A stretch of DNA of 64,000 bases from Candidatus Latescibacterota bacterium (GTDB taxonomy: Bacteria; Latescibacterota; UBA2968; UBA8231). The notes below the pieces were generated by a model. The model ran no database searches, had not been told where the DNA came from, and worked only from the letters and a program-made list of their open reading frames with translations. The number at the start of each line of letters is the position of its first letter. Positions within the stretch are counted from its first letter, which is position 1. Shown here piece by piece: positions 45,081 through 55,171 of this stretch. The stretch spans positions 160,001-224,000 of the forward strand of contig CBDCSU010000005.1 in assembly GCA_965221775.1 (NCBI GenBank), read 5' to 3'. Made by a program: the position numbers and the translations under genes.

Positions 45081-46052
45081 TCAGTGCACCTTCCGGGCCC
45101 GGTAGTCGGCCATGACCTGCTCGGTGCGGCGCAGGAGGTGCTCGTCCTTCTCGCCGCGCACGGCGGTGGGATCCATGCCGGACCAGTCGTAGTAGCCCTT
45201 CCCCGACTTGAGCCCCGTCTCGCCGCGCTCGACCATGGACCGCAGATAGTCCAGGGGCTGCTCCCAGCCTCCGAGGTGCCGCCACAGATGGTCGGCGACG
45301 CGCACGTGCATCTCGAGGCCGTTGATGTCGCGCTGCTTGAGGGGGCCGGCGGTGGTGAACCGCGGCGCCAGTCCCAGCTCGACGGCGAGATCGATCGACT
45401 CGGCGTCGGCCACGCCGGTGACCAGCAGGTTCACGGCCTCGCAGATCACGGCGTGCTGCAGGCGGTTGCACAAGAAGCCGGGCACGTCCTTCTCCACCCG
45501 CAGGGGGATCTTGTCCAGCCGCCGCCAGATCTCGCAGGAGCGGTCCATGGCCGCGTCCGAGGTGTGCTGCCCGCGGATCACCTCCAGGACCGGGACGATG
45601 TGGGCCGGCTGGAAGAAGTGGGAGCCGCCGATGCGGTCCGGATGAGCCATGCGATCACCCACCTGGGTGATGGGCAGGCCGGAGGTGTTGCTCGCCAGCA
45701 CCGTGTGGCGGGGTGCCGCGGCGTCCATGCGCCGGAAGAGCTCCTGCTTGGCCTCGAGGTTCTCGGTGATCGACTCGACGACGAACTCGGCGGAGCCGAC
45801 GGCTTCCTCCAGCCCGGTGGTGGCGCGGACGCGGCCGGCCACGGCCTCGGCGGTCTCGCCCTTGAGCAGGTCGTGCCGCTGCAGGTCCTCGGCGCCCCGC
45901 CGGATGTTGTCCAGGCCCTGGTCCAGGGTCTCCCGCCGGCGGCTCATGAGCACCGTCTCGCGGCTGCCGAGGGCCAGGACCAGGGCGATCTGGCTGCCCA
46001 TGAGGCCGCCTCCGACGACGGCCGACTTCTCGAGAAAGAGATCGGGTGACAT
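45081..46052 (-). CDS. 3-hydroxyacyl-CoA dehydrogenase family protein
   Basis: VGGGLMGSQIA, ESITENLEAK, ASNTSG, HFFQP, PGFLCNRLQ. Confidence 0.9.
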   Translation of the reverse strand: MSPDLFLEKSAVVGGGLMGSQIALVLALGSRETVLMSRRRETLDQGLDNIRRGAEDLQRHDLLKGETAEAVAGRVRATTGLEEAVGSAEFVVESITENLEAKQELFRRMDAAAPRHTVLASNTSGLPITQVGDRMAHPDRIGGSHFFQPAHIVPVLEVIRGQHTSDAAMDRSCEIWRRLDKIPLRVEKDVPGFLCNRLQHAVICEAVNLLVTGVADAESIDLAVELGLAPRFTTAGPLKQRDINGLEMHVRVADHLWRHLGGWEQPLDYLRSMVERGETGLKSGKGYYDWSGMDPTAVRGEKDEHLLRRTEQVMADYRARKVH

Positions 46053-46087
46053 GCCTTGAATTGTCTCCTGTGTGGGTAAGGCGGTTC

Positions 46088-47407
46088 TCAGCTTCCGGCG
46101 GCTGATGCCTGGAACGTGCCCTTCACGACCCGCAGCGAGTCCTCCGCCACCTGCAGCGTGTGGTCCACGTCGCCGGCGGTGTGGGCCAGGGACAGGTAGA
46201 GCTTGCCCCCGGGGGTGACCAGGACGCCCCGGCGGATCATCTCCACGCCGAAGCGTCGGGCGGCGTCAGCATCGGCCCGCAGCCCGTCGGCGTGGGTCCG
46301 GACCGGCGCCTCGGTGAAGACCGGCTGCAGCACGGGACCGTCGCCGAGGACCTGGAAGGGGAGCCCCAGGCTCCGGCCGGTCTCCTCCAGACCCTGCCGC
46401 AGTCGGTCGGAGGTCTCGTGGAGCCGGGGGTAGACCCCCTCCTTCTCCAGCTCGTCCAGAGTCGCCAGCCCCGCCGCGCAGCCCACGGGATTGCCGTTCA
46501 TGGTGCCGCTGGCGAAGACAAAGTCGCTCTCGGCCTTGCGGCGGGGGTCGGCCAGGGCCATGACCTCCTCGCGGCCGCAGACCGCGGCGAGGGGGTAGCC
46601 GCCGCTGATGGTCTTGCCGTACACGGCGAGATCCGGGATCACGCCGTAGCGCTCCTGGGCGCCTCCCCAGGCGAGGCGGAAGCCGGTGACGATCTCGTCG
46701 AAGACCAGCAGCACCCCGTGGGCCCGGGTCACCTCCCGCAGGCTCTCCAGGAAGCCCGGCTCCGGGCGCAGGGCCCGCTGCAGGGGCTCGACGATGATTG
46801 CGGCCAGATCCCGTGCGTGCTCGGCCACGAGCCGCTCCGCCGCGGCGGGATCGTTGAAGGGCGAGACGAGAACGGTGCGCGACGCGGCCCCCGGGATCCC
46901 CGAGGAGTCGGGGACGGGATCGGGGTACTGCGCCGGGCCGGAGGGGGCGGCGCTCTGCATGGCGTAGTCGTGGGCGCCGTGCCATCCCCCTTCGAACTTG
47001 AGGACCTTCTCGCGGCCGGTGAAGGCCCGGGCCAGGCGCAGGGCGGTGAAGGTTCCCTCGGTTCCGGAACTGCCGTAGCGCAGGAGCCCGCCGCAGGGAA
47101 CGGCCTCGGTGACGCGCCGGGCCAGGTGCAGGGCGGGCTCGTTGAGGCCGTAGAAGGTCGAGCCCAGCCCCGCCTGCTCGCGCACGGCGGCGACCACGGC
47201 GGGGTGGGCGTGCCCGAGGATCAGCGGCCCCGAGCCGAGGATGTAGTCGACGTACTCCTTGCCGGCCACGTCCCAGATGCGGCTGCCCTCGCCCCGGTGG
47301 AAGACGGCGGCCACCTCGTCGGGGAGCCGGAACATCCCGAAGCAGCCGCCCACGAGGACGCCCTCGGACAGCTCGATCAGTCTCTGCTGCAGTGCGGTTC
47401 GCTCCAT
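46088..47407 (-). CDS. Class III aminotransferase (glutamate-1-semialdehyde aminomutase-like)
   Basis: GGAGG SD before ATG 47407. GPLILGHAHP, SGTE, KFEGGWHG, FDEIVTGFR, YGKTISGG. Confidence 0.85.
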   Translation of the reverse strand: MERTALQQRLIELSEGVLVGGCFGMFRLPDEVAAVFHRGEGSRIWDVAGKEYVDYILGSGPLILGHAHPAVVAAVREQAGLGSTFYGLNEPALHLARRVTEAVPCGGLLRYGSSGTEGTFTALRLARAFTGREKVLKFEGGWHGAHDYAMQSAAPSGPAQYPDPVPDSSGIPGAASRTVLVSPFNDPAAAERLVAEHARDLAAIIVEPLQRALRPEPGFLESLREVTRAHGVLLVFDEIVTGFRLAWGGAQERYGVIPDLAVYGKTISGGYPLAAVCGREEVMALADPRRKAESDFVFASGTMNGNPVGCAAGLATLDELEKEGVYPRLHETSDRLRQGLEETGRSLGLPFQVLGDGPVLQPVFTEAPVRTHADGLRADADAARRFGVEMIRRGVLVTPGGKLYLSLAHTAGDVDHTLQVAEDSLRVVKGTFQASAAGS

Positions 47408-47556
47408 CCGTTCATCCTCCGCGCCGGCCGGGGTAGAGCCGTTCAGGCGAGCCGGCGGCATCGCCGGTCCGTCACACCCGGTCGTTCACGAGTCGCTAGA
47501 ATGAGGCCCCCCTCCGGACTCCCGGCAAGGCGCTGAGAGCCTGCGCCGGCCCCTGC

Positions 47557-49038
47557 TCAGGGATCGGTGAGGCCGAGCTGCTCGAGGCGATCCGGCTCGC
47601 CGAGGTAGAAGCCCTGTTGCAGGAGGTGGCGCTGGAGCCTCCTGACATCGAGGCGGCGGGGGGCGACGCCATCCTGCACGGCCAGGGCGGCAGCGGCGCC
47701 GGCGGCCTCGCCGAGCTGCATGAGCGCCGGGCGGGCGCGGGTGGCGCCGGGGTCGTGGCCGCGGCGGATGTAGGCGGAGGCGCGGCCGGTGGCGAGCAGA
47801 CCGTCCATGCCCTTGGGCAGCAGCGAACGGTACGGGGTGTCGAAGCCGGACGCTTCGCCGCCGTAGTGGGCCTGCCCGGCGTGCGTGTTGCGGTAGAGGA
47901 CGTCGTCGAACCGGGCGCCGTGGAAGGCGTCCTCCGGGGTGATGGTGTACTCGCCGTCGATGTGCGGGCCTCCCCGCGAGCCGAAGTACGGGGCGACGAT
48001 GAGCAGGTAGGCGCGGTCGAAGCCGGGGACGTACCTGTGGAAGAACTGCGCCGTCTCGAAGACGTGCATGCGGATGGCGGTCTCGAGGCGGGCGTGCTGC
48101 TTCATGTCGTCGCGGCGAATGGCGCCGCCCATGTTGATCCGGCTGCCGGCCAGCCCGCTCTCGAAGGGGCCTTTCCAGAGGTTCGGCGTGTTGATGTGGA
48201 CGTGAGGCTCGACGGTCTTGAGGTAGTAGTACTCGCCCTTCTCCCACGCATGCCGGAGCAGCGGGACCATGGGGTCCTCGAAGGCCTGCCGCGCAAACGG
48301 GAACCGCTGGCGCTCGGCCAGCCACGCCTCGTCCTCGGCGCTGAGGGTGACATCGCTGGCGAGGAACCGCTCGAAGCGGGGGAAGTCCACGTCGGCCATG
48401 ACGAAGTAGATGGCCGTGTCGTTCCAGGGGACGAACTCGGGGCGCATGAACTCCGCGCGCATGACCGGCGGCCAGGACGGGTCGGCAGGCATGTCGGTAA
48501 TGACGGGGACTCCGGCGCGCCGGCACACGTCCGCGTCGGCCGAGGCGTCGACGACGACCCTGGCCTTGACGGCGACACGGCCGGACTTGCCTTCCACGAA
48601 GAGCCCGGTGACGCAGTCGTCCGCGATGATCGGATCGCCGGCCCACACGGGCACGAGGATCTCGACGCCGGCGTCGAGGGCCATCCGGGCCGCCAGGTGC
48701 GAGATGATGTTCGTGGTGTCGGCGTAGCGGTGACCGGTCTCGACGCGGAGCGCCTCCATCCGGTCGTTCAGTTCCCTGGGGATGCCGGCCAGCCCGCCGG
48801 GCAGCGTCACGGGGGCTTCGCCGGCGACACTGCCGCCGACGATCATCGCCGGGCCGAGGTTGCCGCCCAGGGAGGCGAAACGGTCGAGGAGCAGGGTCTT
48901 CGCTCCCAGGCGTCCGGCGGCGATGGCCGAGAACATGCCGGAGAGACCGCCGCCGACCACGGCCACATCCACGTCGAAGGCGATGGGCACCTGCTTGTGT
49001 GGCTCGGCTACGTAACCCAGCGGCTCTTCCCTGGCCAT
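47557..49038 (-). CDS. FAD-dependent oxidoreductase (PF12831-like), paralogue of 15727-17196
   Basis: AGGAG SD. VDVAVVGGGLSG, LGGNLGP, VEGKSG, DTPYRSLLP, LGEAAGAAAALA. Confidence 0.85.
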   Translation of the reverse strand: MAREEPLGYVAEPHKQVPIAFDVDVAVVGGGLSGMFSAIAAGRLGAKTLLLDRFASLGGNLGPAMIVGGSVAGEAPVTLPGGLAGIPRELNDRMEALRVETGHRYADTTNIISHLAARMALDAGVEILVPVWAGDPIIADDCVTGLFVEGKSGRVAVKARVVVDASADADVCRRAGVPVITDMPADPSWPPVMRAEFMRPEFVPWNDTAIYFVMADVDFPRFERFLASDVTLSAEDEAWLAERQRFPFARQAFEDPMVPLLRHAWEKGEYYYLKTVEPHVHINTPNLWKGPFESGLAGSRINMGGAIRRDDMKQHARLETAIRMHVFETAQFFHRYVPGFDRAYLLIVAPYFGSRGGPHIDGEYTITPEDAFHGARFDDVLYRNTHAGQAHYGGEASGFDTPYRSLLPKGMDGLLATGRASAYIRRGHDPGATRARPALMQLGEAAGAAAALAVQDGVAPRRLDVRRLQRHLLQQGFYLGEPDRLEQLGLTDP

Positions 49039-49042
49039 GGTT

Positions 49043-49849
49043 TCATCTCCTTGACGTTCCCGGTTGCCTGCGCCCCAATAGCCTGCGGATGAGCGGCCTG
49101 GTAAAGACCGACTGCAGCATCGGATCGATCCACCGGTAGATCCGGCCCGACACGTAGACGCACTTCCCCTTTTCCACCGCGGCCAATCCCTCCCGCACGA
49201 CGACATCGGCGTCGTACCAGATGAACCCGGGAGACGCGGCCTTCATCTCCATCATGTCAGCGGCTTCGTGGAACTCCGTGTGCGTGAAGCCCGGGCACAG
49301 GGCGCAGACGTTGACCCCTTGGTGCCTGCACCTCAGATGCAGCGCTTCCGACAGCGCGACGACGTACGCCTTGGTGGGCCCGTAGTTGGTGTCCCGCGCC
49401 TGGGCGATGCGCCCCGCCACGGAGGCGACGTTGATGATGCGGCCGTAGCCGCGTTCGCACATGCCCGGCGCGAACAGATGGCAGAGATGCGCCATCGAGG
49501 TCATCATCAACCGAAAGAACGACGCATGCGCGTCCCAATCGCGATCCTCGATCAGGTCCGGCCCGGCGGAGCCGGCGTTGTTGACCAGGTAGTCGACGTC
49601 GAGCCCGAGTCCGGCGACATGGTCGGCGATCACTCGCGGCGCGTCGATGTCGGCGAGGTCGGCGGCAACGACCTCGACCCGGACACCGTGGCCATCGCCC
49701 AACTCCCGGGCCAGTTGTTCCAGGCGGTCCCGCCGCCGGGCGACGGCGACGATGTCGTGTCCCCGGGCCGCCAGTTGGCGTGCGAATTCGGCGCCGAGCC
49801 CGGCGGATGCCCCGGTAACGAGGGCGACGGGACGTCCGGGCCCGTTCAT
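49043..49849 (-). CDS. Short-chain dehydrogenase/reductase
   Basis: TGASAGLG, NNAG, YGPTK, CPGFTHTEF. Confidence 0.9.
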   Translation of the reverse strand: MNGPGRPVALVTGASAGLGAEFARQLAARGHDIVAVARRRDRLEQLARELGDGHGVRVEVVAADLADIDAPRVIADHVAGLGLDVDYLVNNAGSAGPDLIEDRDWDAHASFFRLMMTSMAHLCHLFAPGMCERGYGRIINVASVAGRIAQARDTNYGPTKAYVVALSEALHLRCRHQGVNVCALCPGFTHTEFHEAADMMEMKAASPGFIWYDADVVVREGLAAVEKGKCVYVSGRIYRWIDPMLQSVFTRPLIRRLLGRRQPGTSRR

Positions 49850-49963
49850 GGGATGGTCCGGGCGTCGGAGCGACCCGTGACGCCGGAGGTCATGTTGCGC
49901 CTCTTGGTGGACGGCTTGTCCCGTCCGCCTCGTCCCCGGAGTCGGATGGAACGACTGGCGTCC

Positions 49964-50755
49964 TCAGTTGTCCCCGTCAAGGAACCCGCCCACGCGCCCC
50001 AGGACCGAGCCCTCCCCCGTCCGCTGGCCGCCGGCGGACGGCGCGTTCTCGAGGATGCGGTCGGCCAGCCGCGAAAAGGGCAGGCTCTGCAGGTAGACGG
50101 TGCCGGTGCCGCGCAGGGTCGCCAGGAACAGCCCCTCGCCGCCGAAGAACATCGACTTGAGGCCCTTCGTCATCTCGATGTCGTAGTCGATGCCCGGGGT
50201 GAAGGCCACGAGGCACCCCGTGTCGACGCGGATGGTCTCGCTCTCCAGGCGCCGCTCGATCACCGACCCGCCGGCGTGGACGAAGGCCATGCCGTCTCCG
50301 CGCAGGCGCTGCAGGATGAAGCCCTCGCCCCCGAAGAAGCCGGTGCCCAGCCGGCGGTTGAAGGCGATGCTCAGCTCCGTGCCCAGGGCGGCGCAGAGGA
50401 AGGCGTCCTTCTGGCAGATCAGCTCGCCCCCGGCCTGCGCCATGTCGATGGGGATGATGTGGCCCGGGTACGGAGCGGCGAAGGCGACGCGGGCGCGGTT
50501 TCGCCCGGCGTTGCGGAAGTGGGTCATGAACAGGGACTCGCCGGTGAGCGCCCTCTGGCCGGCGCTCCACAGCTTGCCCATGATGCCCTCGTCGGCCCGC
50601 GACCCGTCCCCCATCTTGGCCTCGAACTCGATGCGGTCCTCCATCCAGTTCATCGCCCCGGCCTCGGCGATCACGGTCTCGCCGGGGTCCAGCTCCACCT
50701 CGACGACCTGCAGGTCGTTGCCGTGGATCTCGTAGTCGATCTCTTCGCAGCGCAT
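49964..50755 (-). CDS. TIGR00266 / AIM24 family protein
   Basis: [45 protein letters not shown]. Confidence 0.9.
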   Translation of the reverse strand: MRCEEIDYEIHGNDLQVVEVELDPGETVIAEAGAMNWMEDRIEFEAKMGDGSRADEGIMGKLWSAGQRALTGESLFMTHFRNAGRNRARVAFAAPYPGHIIPIDMAQAGGELICQKDAFLCAALGTELSIAFNRRLGTGFFGGEGFILQRLRGDGMAFVHAGGSVIERRLESETIRVDTGCLVAFTPGIDYDIEMTKGLKSMFFGGEGLFLATLRGTGTVYLQSLPFSRLADRILENAPSAGGQRTGEGSVLGRVGGFLDGDN

Positions 50756-50775
50756 TCCTTCTCTTCCGGTACGTG

Positions 50776-51477
50776 TCAAATCCCCACGCGAACGACCCAT
50801 CCCGAGGTGGCGTCGCAGTAGGCGAGGTCGTCCCCTTCCCAGGCGGTCAGGCCGTGGGGCTGGGGCTCGTCGTCGGGCACCGCCACGCGGCCGAGTTCCT
50901 CCCCGCTCTTCACGTCGAGATGCACGATCTGCCGGACGCTGGTGTGCACCACCCACACGCCCCGGTCGGTGCGCACCACGCCGTGGGCCCTCTCGTACGG
51001 CAGCGGGATGGCGTGGACCACCTGCCAGTCGGCGATGCGCACCTTGCTCAGGGTCTGCTCGCGCAGGGTGGTGATCCACAGGTGGCCGGGCTCGACGTGG
51101 TCGTACTCGATGCCGTGGACGCCGCCGCCGCCGGGCACTGGGCGGCGCAGCTGCGTGCGGCCACTGGCGGGGTCGACCTTGAGGATGTCGCCGGCGCCGG
51201 GGGCCGCGTCGGTGGGAAGTACCCGCCGCCACAGGGAGCCGTCGCCGTTGGAGGCGATCCAGAGTCCCCCCTCCCCCGCCGCCATGCCGCTGGTGTTGGA
51301 GCCGTCCGTGGCGATCTCCCGCGGACGGAAGGTGACGCCGTAGTCGCCGGGAGGGCCGACCTCCACGAGGGCCAGGCGGTCGGAGATCTGGTCGGCGATC
51401 CACAGCCCGTCGCCGGTGCGCTGCAGGGCGTTGGGTACGCCGTAGGGAGCGCGGAAGAGCCGCTCGAAGGTCGCCAA
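50776..51477 (-). CDS. Hypothetical beta-propeller protein (Vgb/SMP-30-like)
   Basis: Repeated blades PNAL..LWIAD, SGMA..LWIA, HGIE..LWIT, HGVV..VWV, PHGLT. Confidence 0.6.
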   Translation of the reverse strand: MATFERLFRAPYGVPNALQRTGDGLWIADQISDRLALVEVGPPGDYGVTFRPREIATDGSNTSGMAAGEGGLWIASNGDGSLWRRVLPTDAAPGAGDILKVDPASGRTQLRRPVPGGGGVHGIEYDHVEPGHLWITTLREQTLSKVRIADWQVVHAIPLPYERAHGVVRTDRGVWVVHTSVRQIVHLDVKSGEELGRVAVPDDEPQPHGLTAWEGDDLAYCDATSGWVVRVGI

Positions 51478-51542
51478 GAGTCAGCCTGCTGCCGCAGCGG
51501 GCGGGCAGGTCCGGGGGCCGCGGGGCCCCGGCAGAGCCGCCA

Positions 51543-52121
51543 TCAGGTCCTCACGCGCAGGTTGCGGAACCAGCAGACGCCGCCGTGGTCCTGCAGGCCG
51601 ATGTGGCCGCGGCGGGGCATCTCTTTCCAGGCGTAGCGGTACTTGTTCGCCGTGCCGTCGGGGCATCGTCCGGGGGTGTCGTAGTCGTCGATGTCGACGT
51701 CCCAGGCGTGCAGGCCGTTCTGCTCCAGCTGCATGCGCGGACCCCGGCAGGTGAGCCGCATCCGGTTCCACTCCCCGGCCGGCCGGGCCACGTCCTGCGC
51801 CGGGGCGACCAGATCGTAGAGGGCCCCGGAGGAGTGCCGGTCCTGCTCCTGGCCCCGGGTGTCCAGGATCTGGATCTCCAGCCCCGTGTTCACGGGGTCC
51901 CCCAGGTCCGACCAGCGGAAGAACACGCCGCTGTTGCAGCGAGGCTCGGTGCGGTACTCCAGGTCCAGCTCGAAGTCCTCGAATCGGTCCAGCGTGTACA
52001 GGTAGCCCCCGCTCTGCGCGCGGCAGCGGATGCAGCCGTCGTCCACGTCCCAGCCGGCGGCGTCGCCGGTGGCCGCCCAGCCGCCCAGGTCGCGGCCGTT
52101 GAACAGCTCTCTCCAACTCAC
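51543..52121 (-). CDS. DUF1080 3-keto-disaccharide hydrolase family protein
   Basis: [48 protein letters not shown]. Confidence 0.9.
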   Translation of the reverse strand: MSWRELFNGRDLGGWAATGDAAGWDVDDGCIRCRAQSGGYLYTLDRFEDFELDLEYRTEPRCNSGVFFRWSDLGDPVNTGLEIQILDTRGQEQDRHSSGALYDLVAPAQDVARPAGEWNRMRLTCRGPRMQLEQNGLHAWDVDIDDYDTPGRCPDGTANKYRYAWKEMPRRGHIGLQDHGGVCWFRNLRVRT

Positions 52122-52132
52122 GCCATCCTCCC

Positions 52133-53131
52133 TCAGCCGGTGTCGGCGACCTTCACCGGCGCGCCGGTGCGCGCCGACTCCCAGGCCGCCTCGGTCAGCT
52201 CGATCACCCGCAGGCCGCACTCGGGCGGCACCTGCACCTCGTCGCGGCCGAGGATGGCGTCGAAGAAGTTGCGGTCCGGCGACCCCGCACCCGGCAGACC
52301 CGTGGGCTCCCAGGCGTCGCCGTGGCCGGCCCTCTTGTAAGTGAGCCTGCCGTTGCGGATGTAGACGGCGGCCTTGGAGCCCCAGATGGTGATGTCCTCC
52401 CAGATGCCGCCGGTGGGGGCGTTGCCGACCACCGACAGGTTGCCCAGGGCCCCGCCGCGGAACCGCAGGGACATGGCCGAGTTGATGTCGACCTCGGTGT
52501 CGAAGTTGTCCATCCACGCCTGCACCTCCTCGACGGCCAGGCCGGTCATCCAGAGGACGACGTCGAGGAGGTGGCTGCCCGAGTCGTTGAGCTGGCCGCC
52601 GCCCGACAGGGACGGGTCCTGGCGCCACTGGCCCTGCTGGGCGCGGTACCAGCCCTGGTCCTGCAGGGCGGAGATGAACTGGATCTCGCCGAGGTCGCCG
52701 GCGCGGACCTGGTTGCGCACGAAGCGGTACACCGGCTCCAGGTGCCGCTGGTAGGAGACCATGAGGACGCGCTCGGTCTCCCGGGCCCGGCGGATCACCC
52801 GGTGGGCGTGGTCGACGGTGCAGACCATCGGCTTCTCGGTGAGCACGTGGCAGCCCTTGTCGAGGCTGTCCATGATCTGCTGGAAGTGCAGGGTGTGGGG
52901 CGTGGAGATCTCGACGGCGTCGAGCGCGACGGTGTCGAGCATCTCGCGGTGGTCGGCGAAGGCCCTGGCATGCCGTGCCCCTTCGTTGCGCTCGAGGGCC
53001 CGGTCGAGGCTGCCCTGGCTGGGGTCGCAGAGGGCCGCCACCTCGGCCTCGGGGATCTGCAGCACCTGTCCAATGTGGCCGGAGGCATTGCCGCCGCACC
53101 CGATGAATCCGACCCGGATCGGTCCCGCCAT
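52133..53131 (-). CDS. Gfo/Idh/MocA family oxidoreductase
   Basis: AAGGAG SD. RVGFIGCGG, ISTPHTLH, EKPM, GGGQLNDSGSHLLD. Confidence 0.9.
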   Translation of the reverse strand: MAGPIRVGFIGCGGNASGHIGQVLQIPEAEVAALCDPSQGSLDRALERNEGARHARAFADHREMLDTVALDAVEISTPHTLHFQQIMDSLDKGCHVLTEKPMVCTVDHAHRVIRRARETERVLMVSYQRHLEPVYRFVRNQVRAGDLGEIQFISALQDQGWYRAQQGQWRQDPSLSGGGQLNDSGSHLLDVVLWMTGLAVEEVQAWMDNFDTEVDINSAMSLRFRGGALGNLSVVGNAPTGGIWEDITIWGSKAAVYIRNGRLTYKRAGHGDAWEPTGLPGAGSPDRNFFDAILGRDEVQVPPECGLRVIELTEAAWESARTGAPVKVADTG

Positions 53132-53186
53132 CGTCCGCTCCTTTCGTCCCCGGCCGCCGTCATGACGGCCTTCTGGGGGGCGCGGC

Positions 53187-53215
53187 AATATACCGGGGGC
53201 CCCGCGCCTTCTCAA
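53187..53215 (-). promoter_or_regulatory. sigma70 promoter for the Gfo/DUF1080 operon
   Basis: Minus strand TTGAGA(53215-53210)-N17-TATATT(53192-53187). Confidence 0.7.
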
Positions 53216-53230
53216 CCGGACGAGGCCGGC

Positions 53231-55171
<1,941 letters not shown>

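Noticed and set aside
46088-47407. Calling the aminotransferase hemL
   Set aside because: It lacks the typical HemL N-terminal PGGVNSPVR motif and has no tetrapyrrole gene context. Left as a class III family member.
49043-49849. SDR gene looks slightly less GC-biased, possible horizontal acquisition
   Set aside because: Impression by eye only. No flanking repeats or mobility genes. It would need a codon-usage calculation.
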